A stretch of DNA of 64,000 bases, from the NCBI RefSeq assembly GCF_020745735.1, contig NC_083405.1, positions 63,702,345-63,766,344 of the forward strand. The letters run 5' to 3'. Shown piece after piece: positions 38,313-53,170 of the stretch (within the stretch, counting starts at the first letter, position 1; the number at the start of each line of letters is the position of its first letter). Made by a program: the position numbers and the translations under genes. The notes under the pieces were generated by a model. It did not search any database and had not been told where the DNA came from. It saw nothing but the letters and a program-made list of their open reading frames with translations. Source of the stretch: Hemiscyllium ocellatum. Its lineage: Eukaryota.

Positions 38313-41039
38313 ATTATCCATATTTCATTAAAACAGAGTGATTAGTCCAAAATAACTGCCCATACATGTACAGAAGTGGACCATGATGTCAGCTGGCCAT
38401 GTGAGGATGCAGTAAGCATCTACTCACATCACTGACTTCACTGCAATTTGGGGCAGGAGGGCAAGCAGGCCAGGAAGGCTTGGTGTTAAGGTGGAGCTTC
38501 ACCTCTCTGGCAGATTAGCTCTCCGCCACCTTGCCACCCTGCCATCATTTGCAGCAGTGGAGGGCAGTGCGCAGGTGCATGGGAAAATGAATTTAGCTTT
38601 AAACTAATCTCAGATTTAGTAGCAGAGTAACAATGTACAACCACTACTTTTCAATCACAATTACAGAAAATATTTGCCATGTTTCTCTGACCATGATGCC
38701 AAACATGGAGCATAGCATAAAAGAAAAAAACAAGTAGGAAGAAATAAATGGGGGAAAAAAAATACCTTTCAGCAGTTGGCTCTTGTAAGTGACTCTATCT
38801 TTGATATTTGATAAGATTTGAAAAATTAACAAAGATCCAAATCTTAAAATTGGAACAGACCGAGTGATATGTTGAGTTGTGAAAACAAAAGGTGAGGGAA
38901 TAAAATCCTCTCAAGTTAAGTGAACAGAACTACTAAAAACAAGGAAGACTATAGCTTTGAGTTTGTAATTGTTATGTGCATTAGTAATCTCTGCCATTTT
39001 TTCAGGAAAAGTTAAAATCATACTACATATTGCACCAAAATATCTTCAATTTGAGAAGATTACAAGCCAAAGTACATAACTTTAAACACAGTGCCCTGTT
39101 TTATTTAGACAAAAATACTTTGCACCTTTATCAAACAAAGGGATTATGGAGACAGCTAATTGTTGCTGCAAACATGGCAACATTCGCACCCATCAGAATC
39201 TACCTGCCTGGTCAGACAATTAAGATTAACAAGTAACTGTTCTTGCTGCATCTCTGTGCCAATGATGGCCAAACCAATCAGCATCCTCTTCCCATGCTGT
39301 ATAAAATGGTGCCCCTTTGTACAACTCTATATTCCTTGCATCTTAGCTCTGATGACTACAATATGAAAAATTTCAACTTCTTGTCTTTTAGAAATGTTCA
39401 AATTAATGGATTTTTTTATTACTATAACTTAAAACAACTGTGCAATTCTCTCTTCAGTTTCTCTAGTTGCCCAAGTCAAAACTTCAGCAGATTCACTACT
39501 GTTGCGTAAGGACCTAAAACAGAAGTAGGCGATTCAGCCCCTCAAGTCTGTCCCACAATTCTATAAGACCATGACTGATCTATCCAAGGCCTCAACTCCA
39601 CAACACTTCAAAAATCTATTATATGCTCTTTAATACATCTTGCAATCTAAGTGCACTCAAGCAAAGAAATCCAGACATTCAATTCTTTCCTGTTGAAGCT
39701 CTGAACCCACCTCTCACTGCAACTTCACATCAATTTCCCCACATGTCCTGTAGGGAACAGTTCAGCTTAAGGCCTATTACATCAATTTCATAACTTTTTT
39801 AAAAGATGTCCAATCAGCTTTCACTCCAATATTGTGACAAAACATCCCAAGTTATTATCACAAACCTTGTGAATGCGACGATCACGGCTAATTTACAGAG
39901 CATGACACCAGTTATATACCATTATTTGCCAATTATTTTCTTCCAATTTCAGCTGAGAAGAGGGGTGGGAACAACCTCCCTTTTGACACTTTTGTTCTAA
40001 TACACAGAACTCAGACGTCAGTTTACAGCAGTGCTGACTGGCATGCATAGAACCTCTCGGCAGTTGCGTGATCGCAAATCTTCGAGGGAGCATTGGTGGA
40101 GATTTAGTCTTATTAACATTTATCGTGTAGCTAACAGGAATGAAACATTTTATGAGCATCGTCCACAAACTGACAGCCTGCTTTCCTACAAGAGTAAATG
40201 CTTTAAGAATGCTTCATTGACCATTAAACTGCTTCTCACTGCGCGATGTCGTAAACCACATGCAATTTTTCTCACTAAGTTGCTCTGTTAATCTTACATT
40301 TCTTTTTGACTATGTGGTTTACCCTTTGAGATAATTTGCTTTTTTGAACATTGAAGGGATGTCAGAAAAATAATGACTGAAGGAACACAAGTTACTAGGT
40401 CAGATAGATTTCCTATTTTCAGGTCAGTAACAAACTGGCATACAGTTTCAACATTTTGTAGCCATAAACAAAAATCCACAGAGTTCAAGCAGCGACCTTT
40501 CAGATACTATAACTATTTTTGTCTATATGTCCCCAACAATGTCTTCATCCTACACAAAAAATGCAAATGCAAAGTTAACAATCAATTTCTGAAGCATGCA
40601 GTCTTACTGAAACATTTACAATTTTGAGAGGAGGCTTGACAGGGTCTATGCTGAAAGCACGCTTCCTACAATCTTCCAAGATACGTGCATCTCTACAAGT
40701 CTAGTCTTTTGTTCATCTGATCTTCACAACTCCACAATTGCATCTTCAGTTTCCTCAGTCCCAAGCTCTGGAATACCCATCCTATTCTTCACTGCTTTTC
40801 CCTTTTTGGGATTAATGTACTTTTGACCAACTTGATCCAATGTCTCCCTTGTATGGCTGTGTTGTTTTTTTTGTTTTGTAATGTTCCTGTGTAACACTTT
40901 GGGACATTGCATCACATTAAGATGATCCTGTACAGGACATTTCACTGCTGAAATATCCAATGACTTCTGTGGCATTATGTTAAAGAAAGTCTGCCAGGAA
41001 AGAGGGACTGGAGGAATGTGCAGCAAATCAGCATCACAG

Positions 41040-44000
41040 AAATGGCAGAGAGAGGAGAAGCAGTGCATGCATCTGAACCAGCAAGAGACATAGCAGAGAC
41101 ATCAGCTTCAAAAAGTACTGGAGAGAGCAGTCAGCAGCCTCTCAAACAATAGCAGAGAATGGGTCTGTAAATTCAAAAAGTGAAGAGGGGACCTGTGCTA
41201 GCAGGGCTACAATAGTGGGAGTTAAAAACTAGTGCTGGGTGGAGTGCCCCCTTAAATTTGTTTCTTTGCACATGAACCAAAAGTGTGACATCAGGAGATC
41301 AGGTTGGTTATTGGTGGATAATTGTGTCTTCTGATCAGCCAATTGATTTAAAAATCTGTGATACTGTTGCAAATGAATATAGTTAAGAAATTCACCTTGA
41401 AAATATTTAACGTCCAAATTAATCAATAGCATCGAATAGATGTGGCTAGGCAAGCAGTATGTTGCAGCTGTGGTATATGGAAATGGTGAATGACAACACA
41501 ATCCATGATGACTATGGCTACAGCAAGTATTGGCTTCTCAGGACATTTTGACTCAGAGTTTATGAATTAGAGTCTGAGCTCTGGACGCTGTTACAACACC
41601 AGAGAATGGAATGGATAGGCAAGTGCGCGTTTCAGGACACAGTCTCAAAATTAGATCAACTATATCAAATTTGGTCCATGGTCAGCAATAGGAGGGCATG
41701 ATTGAGAGGGAGGCAAATATGAGGATCCAGAATTTAGCCTGGAGGAGCCTCAGCCAGTGCCTTTGCCTACAAATAAGAGGCTCTTGTTCACAACATGGCC
41801 AAGGGCACAAAACAGCAAGGAGGATGAGCGAACTGACCACAACACCATGGCCCAGAGCATCATTCAAGTTGGGGGCTGAGAAGAAAAATGTAGCAGTAAC
41901 AGGGATACTGTTATCACAGAACAGATACTGTTCTCTGTTAAGACAAGGTCCTAATGGTTGGTTGTGTTGCCTACTTAGCAGTAAGGTTCAGGACATTTCT
42001 TGTCAGTGGAGAGGAAGGAAGATGATCCAGTTGTGGTCCATATAGCTTCTAATGGAATAAGGTCAAAAAGAGGTAGGTTAGCTTCATTAATAAAGGAATA
42101 TTCTTACAGTGGTGAATAATGATACAGGTGCAATAGATGATGTTGAATCTATTGTACCTGTGACGGGAATCTATGATGGGATAAAGAAATGACAAGAGAA
42201 GAAGTCACAAGTGGGAATCATCCATAGCCTCCTGAAGAGTTGTCTCACTGTAGAAATGAGTATAAAATAGTTGGGAAAATAGAACTATGAGAAAGGCAGT
42301 ATTGTGTAGTAGCAGGCATTTAACTAGATATTTCAATGTTCAGCAAAATTTATTCCAGTCAAAAAGATGGACTCAATGAGAAGGATGAACCATTCGTGAT
42401 TAACAAAGGCATTGCAGGAGAGCATCCAAGTAAAACTAAGGTACACAACATGTCAAAACTAGTGGCAGACCAGAGGATTGTGATTTTGTTTCATTTTTAA
42501 AAGGAACCAGCAACAGATGACTACTATGTTAATAAAGAGTGAGAAAATTGATTATGACTAGGAAATTGGTAAAAAATAAAATCATCAGCAGGTAAATATT
42601 AAAAAAAAGCTGAAGTAAAACAAAGAACTGAGGATGCTGGAGAACTGAAACAGAAACTATAGGTAGCAACAACCCTTCAGCAGAACTAATGGTGAAATGT
42701 TAACTCTGCTTTCTTCCCACTGATGCTGTCAGATCTGCCGAGTTTCACCAGCAATTTCTGTTTTTGTTTCACTAGCTAAACTAAGTGTGGAACCTTTGAA
42801 GGTTGCAATTGGTGAATTAAAATGGGGAACATACAAAGGGCAGATATGTTAAAGTAATATTTTGCATTAGTCTTCATGGTAGAAGATTCTATAAACATTC
42901 CAAAGATAACAGGCATGTAAATTACGAACGGCAGTAAAGATCTTCTAATAGTTTCTAGCACAAGGACAAAATATTTGATAAATTAATTGGATTAAAAGCA
43001 AACAGGTTGCCAGAACCAGATTTCCTTTAAACCCTTGGATGGAGGTTGTGATTGCAGAGGTAGTGGAAGCATTGGTTAAAATATTCCAGAGCTCACTGGA
43101 TTCTGTACATTCTCCAGTGGATTAAAACATTGCTAATGTTATGCCTCTTTCAAGGAGGGAGAGAAACAGAAAACAGGCAACTGTATGCCAGTTAGCAGAT
43201 CATTTGTCATTGGAAAATGTTAGAGTCCATTCTTAAGGAAGAAAAAACAGGGCCTTCAGAAACGATTAACATAAGCAAACAAAATCAGTATCGTTTTGCA
43301 AGTGAGATAATCTTTAACAAATTTGCTACAGTTCTTTGAGAATATAACAAGCAGAGTTGATAAAACTGAACCTGCAGTCAATGGATCTGGATTTTCAGAA
43401 TGCAATCAGATAAGAGGTTATTGCACAAGACAGGAGTTCAAGGTATTGTGGGTAATGTTTTAATATGGATGATTGGTTAATAAGGGATAGTGTTGGGATT
43501 AACACATCATCTTTTTCAGATTGGAATGACGTAACTAGTGGAATGGCACAAAAGTCAGTCCAGTGGTCTGAATTATTTACCGTCATATTAATAATTTGAA
43601 GGAGGGGGCAGAATACAAGATATTCAAATTTGATGTTATATAAAAATATGTAGGAGAGCATGCTGAGATGAGAACACAAAGAATGTACAAGGGGATATGA
43701 ATAGGTTCAGTGAGTTGGCAAAAATTTGGCAATGAAGCTTAAATGTAAGAAAATGAGGTCATGCACTTTGATAGCAAGAATCAAAAGATGATGCAAACTG
43801 AGAGAGCATTCTGAAGAGTGCAGCACACAGGTTTTTGGGTGTGCCTGTACAAAAAACACAAGGTTAGCATGTAGGTGCAGCAAAATACTTATGGCAGCTA
43901 ATGGAATTAGTAAGAGGTTAGAGTTTAAAAATAGAAAAGTCTTATCATAACTACACAGAGTGTTTGGGAGGTCACACCTGGAGCATTGCATAGAAGTTTG

Positions 44001-44150
44001 GTTCCCACATTAAAACAAAAGATTAAAATGGCATCAAAGCTTATCCAGAAGTGATTCACTAGGCTGATTCCTGGGAATGAAAGGATTGACTCATCAAAAA
44101 TGATTGAACAGGTTAGGCCTTTATTTGTTAGTGTTTAGAAGAACAAGAGC
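41040..44150 (+). mobile_element. Old, heavily degenerate CR1 (ORF1 and ORF2 remnants) with a PLE pLTR remnant at about 42615-42770
   Basis: ORF1-like QAVCCSCGIWK near 41450; RT-like tctggattttcagaatgca and gtaactagtggaatggcaca. Confidence 0.7.
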
Positions 44151-44766
44151 TGGCATTTCCAATTTGGTCAGACTATTAGCAGAAACTTTATAAAACTGTA
44201 CCAACAAATGCAGCAGTATATTACAAGGACTAAAATGGTATAAAAGAAAAATAAACCATCACTTTTCAAGTGATGAGCATGGTGCAAGCTATTCAAACTT
44301 GCCACATTCCATATGAACCATTAGTAGAGTCAGCAAGCCACATGAAAGGTATAGTGGAATATTACAATTGAGGCTGGTGTATATTATTTTGCTTATTTGT
44401 AGTACCAAACTCCTCATCTATTTGCTACATATTTTAACAATAAATGGGACATCCAAGTATGTAAGATATCCATAAATACACACAATATTGAAGTACAGTT
44501 GACAGAGCTTTCGTAATAGGAAAATACATGTAAAAAGGTGAAATATAACCTCCAGCTAAATATTGTTGGCGAACTCATGTGAAATAAAATTTATTTTCTT
44601 CACGTAAGACATTTTGTTTTAACTGATAATTATTCAATTAAATGCGATCTCTATTAAACAGAATCTCTATTCTGAAAGTATATTGTTTCCTCACTTCCTT
44701 TACAAACATTTTACTGACTCGTTAGGAACCTTGGACAACTACAAGTGTTTGGAAATTTTATCATAC

Positions 44767-44933
44767 CTCTCTCACTGGCGTCATCCACCAGGATAATCTC
44801 CTCTAATAAATGTCGTGGCGATCGGTTTATCACACTGTGCACAGTGCGTAAAAGAGTGCTCCATGCTTCGTTATGAAAAACTATCACCACACTTGTCTTT
44901 GGCAGACCATCAGGATACACTTTTGTTTTACAC
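44767..44933 (-). CDS. GALNT1: Polypeptide N-acetylgalactosaminyltransferase internal coding exon (167 bp), start of the GT-A catalytic domain
   Basis: Minus strand reads tctctag|G TGT AAA ... GAG AGA G|gtatga. It encodes [55 protein letters not shown], which contains the conserved GalNAc-T motifs. [13 protein letters not shown] resembles GALNT1 more than GALNT13 (recalled from memory, not searched). Confidence 0.93.
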
Positions 44934-46109
44934 CTAGAGAAACCAGAAGAATACAGAGTAATGAGAAAAAAATATTTTTATACACTTATACTTGCTGGGC
45001 AATCTCTAAAATAGCTAAATGACAAATGTCCAATAAGCAAAAATGCACATGCATGTCCAGTTTCAGCTGTACAAAATATGTTCAAATTATTTTGTTTACG
45101 AATTACATTGCATAATTTGTTGAATAAATGCAAAAGTGAGGGCAAGCAGACTAGATATATGCCAGTACAGCAACATTCTAACTTGACAAATAGTACCTAT
45201 CTGCATCACAATTCAGAAGTGTTTTTAGAAATATATTGTACTATTGATAAATGACGCATTATAAGGCTTTTATTCAAAAAAAGTTGTCATTTGCTAGAAC
45301 ATAAACTGGCATTATACTTACAAAGATAAAGATACAAGACTTCAATCACTGCTTGAAAATAATACCTAACCCACTTACAGGTCCACTTTTTCACATCATT
45401 GAAATATTTCAAATCTGAGTAACTGGTTTTGGAATTGAGTAAAAGATTATATAGTACTCACTATACATTAGACAGGAGAAATTAGAACATGCTCACTCCA
45501 CAAATTACAATTAATCATGGACTCTACCAAATTCACGTCACTAAATTTAAGTTTTCTCCCCACTCAAGTTAAATCAAACTGTACTCCACAACTGTCAGTT
45601 TAGTCTTGCATTTCACATCTTTCATTCTGGATTAGATACCACCCTTGATAACATCACTTTTGCAAACTATAATATAGCTGTAAAGGTGCAACATATATTG
45701 GAAAATGGCAGCTAACAACAATTTGTAACTCAGATCACAGGATTCATTTACACAAGGTTTATGATGGCCTCATTCAACACCAGGTTCTAGGTTTAAAAAA
45801 AAGCCAAATGAAATTTCTAAAGTAAACATAGCCTGTGAAATAAAACAGGAAATAAAAGTGAAAAAAAGCAGTCAAAAATGTATATATATATTTGCATTCA
45901 TAATTCCTTTCCCCAAATAAGCATATATAAAGCCAATTAGATCAATTTAAAGAAACTCAACAGTATATTACTTCAGACCGACTTGAATTAGTTTATGTAA
46001 CTAGCCATATTTTATCCTGTTAATATATCCCAACATCCATTTTTCTTCTTTTTGGTAAATATTTGCACAAGGTAATAATCACCTTATTAGTAAGAAATGA
46101 AATTAAATC

Positions 46110-48703
46110 AATAGTAAAACATGAAGTAGGTTCAGATGGTGTAGAATCTCTGCAGAATTGAGGAACTGCAAAAGGTTGTAAAAAACATAGCTGAAGTTAT
46201 GTACAGGCCTCCAAACATAGTCAGGAGCTGGGGCACAAGATACACCAGGAGACAGAAAAGATGTGTAGAAAAGGCAAAGTTACAGTTATCATGGGAGATT
46301 TCAATATGCAGGTGGCGTGGAAAATCGGATTGGTAGTGGATTGCAAATGAATTGGTGGAATGTCAGTGAGATTACTTTTTCCAGCAGCTTGTAGAACCCA
46401 CTAGTGAACAGGCAACACTGGATTTAGTGTTGTGCAATGAGGCAGACTTGATAAGGGATCTGAAGGTGAAGGAACCCTTAGGAATCAGTGATCATAATAT
46501 TTTGGAAGTTACTCTGCAATTTGAAAATGGAGAAGACAGAATCAGAGGTAATCGTGTTACAGCTGAATAGAAAGAAACTCAGAGACATGAGGGAGGAGCT
46601 GGGTAGAATAGCCTAGCAGGAAAGACAGTGGAACAGCCATGGCAGGAGTTTCTGGGAGTAATTCAGGAGGCACAGCAGATTCATTCCGAAGAAAAAGCAG
46701 CATGGTACAGGGAGGATGAGGCAGCCATGGCTGACCAAGGAAGTCAGGGATAGCATAAAAGCAAAAGAGAAAGTATAGAATGTGGGGAAGGACAGTAGTA
46801 AACCAGAGGATTGGGAAGCTTATAAAGACAACAGGGCAACAAAAAAGAAATAAGGAGGGAGAAGATTCAATATGAGGGCAAGCAATCCAATAATATAATG
46901 GAAGACTAAGAGTTTCTTTAGATTTTTAAAGGGCAAAACATGTATAAAAGTGGACATTGGATCAGTGGAAAATGACATTGGAGAGACAGGAATGGGAAAC
47001 AAGGAAATGGTGAGGAACGGAATAATTACTTTGTGTCAGTCTTCAGGGTAGAAGACATGAGTAATATCCTAAAAATTCAAGCGAGGGGGCAGAACTGAGT
47101 ATAGTGGCTATCACCAAGGAGAAGGTGCTAGAAAAACCAAAAGGTCTTAAAAGGTGGATAAATCACCTGGATCAGATGGACTACATTCCAAAGTTCTAAG
47201 GGAGATAGCTAAAGAGATAGTGGAGGCATTTGTGATCTTTCAGGAATCACTAGAATCAGAGAGGGTCCCAGCAGACCGGAAAATTGCTAAAGTGACACCC
47301 ATTTTAAAAGGGAGCAGGTCAAAAGATGGAAAATTACTCACTAATTAGCCTAACCTCGGTCATGGGTAACATCCAAGAATCCATTGTGAAAGATGAGAAT
47401 TCTGAATACTTGGAAGTGCATGGTAAAATAAGATAAAGTCAGCATGATTTCATCAAGGAGAGATCACACCTGAAAAATTTGCTAGAATTCTTTGAGGAGG
47501 TAATGAGTAGGTGCCAATGGATGTTATCTACCTGAACTTCAAGAAGGTCTTTGACAAGGTGCCACACAGGAGGCTGTTGAGTAAGATAAGGCCCCATTGT
47601 TAGAGGCAAGGTGCTAGCATGGATAGAAGATTAGCTGTCTGGCAAAAAGAAGACAGTGGGGATAAAAGGGTCTTTCTCAGGATGGCAGCCAATGACAAGT
47701 GGTGTTCCACAAGGCTGAGTGTTGGGACAACTTTTCACTTTATACAGCAATGATCTAGATGAAGGAACTGATGGCATTCTGGATAAGTTTGCAGACAATA
47801 CAAACATAGGAGAGGAAGAGATGACATTGAAGAGGTGGGAAGGGTGCAGAAGGATTTGGACAGTTTAGGAGAGTGGACAAAGAAGTGGCAAGTGGAGTAC
47901 AAACATGGGAAAGTGTGAGGTCATGCACTTTGGTAGGAAGAATAGAGGCATGGACTATTTTCTAAATGGGGAGAAAATTCAGAAGTCTGAAGTGCAAAGG
48001 GACTTGGGAATTCTACCCAGGATTCTCTCAAGAGAGACTTGCAGGTTGAGTCAGTAGTTAGGAAGGCAAATGCAATGATGGCATTTATTTTGAGAGGAAC
48101 TGAATGTAAAAGCAGTGATGTACATCGGAGGGTCTAAAAGGCTCTGGTCAGACCACATTTAGAGTATTATGCAGTTTTGGGCCCCATATCTCAGGGAGGA
48201 ATGTACTGGCCCTGGAGCATGTTCAGAGGAGGTTCACTAGAATGGTCCCAGGAATTAAAGGCTTAACACGTGAGGAACGTTTGAGGATTCTGGGTTTATA
48301 CTGGAGTTTAGAAGGATAAGGGGGGGGATTTAACTGAAACATACAGAATATTGAATGGCTTAGACAGACTAGATGCTGTGAAGATCTTTCCATTGGTAGG
48401 AGAGACTAGGACCTGAGGGCGCAGCCTTAGAATATAGGGTAGATCTTTTAGAATGGAGATAAGGAGAAACGTCTTCAGCCAGAGAGTGGTGAATCTATGG
48501 AATTCATTGCCACGTAAGGCTGTGGAGGCCAGGTCATTGAGTATGATCAAGACTGAGATAGATAGGTTCTGAGTATCATGGGGATCAAGGGTTACAGGGA
48601 GAAAACGGAAGAATGGGGTTGAGAAACCTATCAGTTATGACTGAATGGCAGAGAGTGGGCTTGACAGACTGAGTGGCCTAATTTCTACTCCTATGTCTTA
48701 TGA
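46110..48703 (+). mobile_element. 5'-truncated CR1 (APE, RT and tail)
   Basis: atgggagatttcaat (MGDFN); DKSPGSDGLH; aaggtctttgacaaggtgccacac; aagtttgcagacaataca; tail cctatgtcttatg. Confidence 0.88.
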
Positions 48704-48799
48704 TAATTCTCAAGCATTTCATTAAAGACAATCAGGAGAATTAGTAAAATAAATATAAGATGCTCAAGAAACTGAGCAGATGGACGGCACCTCTGATGA

Positions 48800-50040
48800 G
48801 GAAACTCAAAACACAATCTATCGGAGTCAACATGGTTTTATAAAGGGTAAGTCATTAAAGTGCTCTTCACAGATGTAACAAGCAAAGTGAATTCTAGTAA
48901 TTCTGCAGATATAACATACCTGGACTTCCAGAAAGCATTTGATGAAAGGTGATGCACAAAGTTTAATATACAAAAAGATCACACTGGGTTAGGGCTAATA
49001 TTTTAACTTGGATAGAGGATTGGTTAACTAACTGAAAGCAGAAAATTGAGTTAAAGTGGTCTTTTTTCTGGTTGGCAAGCGGTAACTAGTGGGCTCCCAT
49101 AGTATTTGACATTTAGGCTTCAACAATTTATAATCTATATTAATGATGCAGGGTTAAGAATGTACTAAAAAGTTAAATTTGCATCTGACACTAGAATAGG
49201 TGGGAAAGTTGCAAGGAATAAACAAAAATTAGAAATGGATCCATATAAGCTAAAATTTTCCAGATGGAGTTCAGTACGAATAAGTGAGAGATTACCCAGT
49301 TTCATCGGAGGAATAAAAAGGCAACTTATTTTAATGGAGAGAAACTTCAAAATACTTTAGTGCAGAGCGATCTGGATGTCCTTGCACAGGACTTGCAAAA
49401 TGCTAGTTTGCTGGTACAGCTGGACGGCAAACGGAATTTTGCTATTTCTTGCTAAAGCAATAGAGTATAACAGGAGGGAAGTGTAATTATGACTCTACAA
49501 GGCATTGGTGAGACCATATCTGGAGTACGGTGTAAAGTTTTGGCTCCTTTGAGGAAGGCCATAATTGCATTGGAGGCAGTTTAGCGAAGGTTCACTAGAT
49601 TAATTCCAGAGATATAAAAAAGAAATTGAACAATTTAGGCCTATACTCAAAATTTAGAAGAATGAGAGGAGCACTAATTGAGGCACAGAGGAAGCTACAT
49701 TTAGATGTGCAGCAGATGTTACCCCTTGTGGGGCAATCTAGACAAAGAAATCATAGTTTGAGGCGAAGGAGTGACAAATTTAAAATAGAGATGAGGAAGT
49801 ATTACTTCTTGCAAAGGGTTATGAATCTATGGAATTCATTACCCCAGAGTGGGGTAGACACCAGGATTCTGAATAAATTTGAGGAGAAAACAGTTTTTAA
49901 TTAGTAAAGTATTAAAGGGTGAAGGGAGTGGGCAGGAAAGAGGAGTTGGGACTAAGATAAGATCAGCCACGATCATGTTAAATTACAGAGCAGGCTCAAG
50001 GTGCTGAAGTGTCTATTCCCTTTCCTGGCTCCCACGTTCT
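48800..50040 (+). mobile_element. Older CR1 RT and 3' fragment
   Basis: ctggacttccagaaagcatttgat; FRRMRGALIE...RVMNLWNSLPQ. Confidence 0.8.
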
Positions 50041-52179
50041 CAAAACCAAGTTAAACATTTCAGGTCAACGAGACTTCTTCAAAACTCATTTCAGATTTTT
50101 AGCAATTTTCAGCAAAATTACTGATCATTTTCTTGACTGATTTATAATATTCATTTTTTTAAAAATGCATAAGATGCTGAAGCTACTGATTAGACTATTT
50201 GCTGGTCTCCAATTGTTCTGGAAGTGGTGATGGTGAGCTGCCTCCTTGAATTGCCTCATTTTTGGTGTGGGTACAGAGTGCATTTAAGAAACAAGTTCCC
50301 GGATTTTAACTCAGTGATACTGAAGAAATGTTAATACATTTCCAAGTCAGGACGGTTCTTGACCTGGAAGGGAACTTGCAGGTGATAATAGGGCCATATA
50401 TGGGAAAGGTTGGGGTTTGAAAGGCATTATTGAAAGGAGTTTTGCAGAGCATCTTGTATCAATTGTACCATCTATAAGATGGTACCCTGCGTGTCAGTGA
50501 CAAAAGGGAGTGAACACTCAAGATGATGAACGAGGTGCCAATCAGCAGGCTACTTTGTCCTGGATGGTGTTGTGCTTCTTGAGTGTTGCTGGAGTTGCAC
50601 TCACCCAGGAAGTGGAGAGCATTCAGTTACACTCCTGACTTGTAGATGATATCTGGTCATTGATTCATTTCAAAAATAACATCTAAATTGCCATGTACCA
50701 TTCTGTTAGGAACTTAATTATTTAACGTACTTGGAGAGAAGGGGAAACTAAAAAAAAGTGATGGGGAGCCTTATTTTCCTGTCGCCAGCCAGAAAGCCAA
50801 TCTGTTCTCAAGATCCCATGTTAAGACAAATTATCGAGTTTGGATTGGGAAGACAATTGGGGAAAACCAAATGGATGATAATGAACCAGTTGTCAACTGA
50901 AGTTGAAATCAGCTGAGGCATATATACCAGTGGCAGAATGGAGATCAAAGCCCCAATTAATTAAATCTGAGCTACAATCATCAGAGGGCCATAGCCGCAG
51001 GCTGTGAAAGAATTTGCTTTAGCAATGTCTCCGTGAATACACCCCACCTTCCGGAGCCCTCTTTCAGTTTGATTGGTTCTACTGAAGAGGTTCCTATTGG
51101 CCTTCTAAATAGTGGAGACCATCCTTGGTCATTACATGGTCAGAGCATCTGGAGGCAGTCATTCAATTGGCTAGCTTTTCAAAAATTACTTAATAAAAGC
51201 AAAATGCTGTAGAGACTGGAAATCTGAAATAAATCAGAGAACGAAGGAGAAACTCCACAAGTCTGGCAGCATTTATTGAGAAAAAGATTAATGTTAACAT
51301 CGAGTCTGATAGGACTCTTTTTCAGAGTGGAAACAGTTGGAAAATAGTGGGGCTTTCATACTTCCAACAGAGGTGGAGGAGGAGTAGGGAGAGTAGATGG
51401 CATGGAAGCCCAATGCAAACAACAATGATGTTGCTAATTGGGGTGAAAGGGAAAGCGAGACGTAGAGTCAATATAAAAAGGTGTGGAAAGGTGAAAACAG
51501 GTCCATTTGGTCACATCACCTTCTGGTCCTAGTGGTAACACAAAAGACCCATATTCCCTCTTGATCATGGCCCAGGAATAAACATTACAAACATATCACA
51601 AGCATATTATATAGTGGGCATCAAAAAATTCACATCATTTACAGAAAGCAATACAAGAGAAGGGCATGAAAGCAAAGCTGGGAGAAAGATACAAAAAGGT
51701 TGAAACAAGAAAAAAAAACTTTGTAAAAAATTTAAAATCGTGGGTACTGAGAACAGGTACTTATTTGAATGATCATATTGAATGGCAAAAAGGCTTGAAG
51801 GGCTGATTCTGCTAATTATTTGTAATTTATTTAGTTGGCAGTAATTAATGTCCTGGAAACGCATAAAACTCAAACAGAGAGCAGCCAAATTCAGCTGCAC
51901 ATCAATTGGTGTTCAAATAGTTCTCCCAACAGGCAAAACTAAATAGGCCTAATCTTCATCTTACGTTTAAGTCATACAAGGGTTACATGCGGAAAATCAA
52001 ACCCACTATTCTCAGAGTCAAAAATGTTCAAGTTTTTGAATAGTCTAGAATTTTCAATTTACATGTCTTCTAGACTCTCGTTAACAAAGCATGGATCAGA
52101 TTTTTGTACATAAAAGAATCACTATTTATTACAAATAAATGACTCTAGTGACCAGTAAACAAATCAAAACGCACATGGA

Positions 52180-53170
52180 CTGGGGATAGTGTCCAGACAC
52201 TGATAGAGAACTGGTTGACAGACATGAAACACTTCAGGAATACATGGGCGCTTTGCCTAGCAGCGGCCAATGATTCACACAGTACATTGGGATCAGTGCT
52301 TGGACTCAAATTGTACATACAATATATTAATGATTAGACGACGGAACTAAATGTAATATCTCTGGGTTTGCAGATGACACAAAGTTGGGTGGGATGGTGA
52401 GGAGGATATAGAGATGCTTCAGTGTGATTTGAATAATTTGTGTAAGTAGGCAAAAACATAGCAAATTAAGTTTAATGTGAATAAATAGGAGAATATCATT
52501 TAGGTAGCAAAAACAAGGAGGCAGATTATCTTAAAGATAGATAGTCTGGTTTCCTTGTACAATAGTCACTGAAAGCATGTAGATACAGCAGGTAGGAAGC
52601 GTAGCACATTCTACAATAGTTATCATAACAATAGACTTTGAGTACAGGGAGCAGAGAGGTCTTACTGCAATTGTTCAGAGCCTTGAATATGGTGTGCAGT
52701 TTTGGTCTCCTTATTGGAAGAAGATTGTCCTGGCTACAGTGAGAGTGCAATGAAGTTTGCCATATAGATTTCTAGGATGGCAGAGCTGAAACCTGAAGAG
52801 AAACTGGATCGATTAAGATTATGTCCGCTGGAGTTTAAAAGAATGAAGGTGGGGAATCTCAGAAAAACCTATAAAACTCTAACAGGATTAGACTGAGTAA
52901 ATGCAAGAAAGATGTTCCTGAGGACCGTGGAGTCCATTGTCATTGGTCATATTTTAAGGTTACTTGACTGGACACTTAGAACAGAGATGAGAATTTTTTC
53001 ATCCAGAGAGAGAGTGATGAGCCTTTTTCAGGAGTTTGATGTAGTTCTTAGAGCTAAAGGGATCAAAGGCTATGGGGAGAAAGCAAGGCAGGGGATGGAG
53101 ATGAATGATCATCCATAATCATACTGATTGGCCCTGTGAGCCTGATCTGCCAAAGGGCCCTTTCTATATT
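52180..53170 (+). mobile_element. Old CR1 RT and 3' fragment
   Basis: gggtttgcagatgacacaaagttgggtgg; ggtgtgcagttttggtctccttat. Confidence 0.75.
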
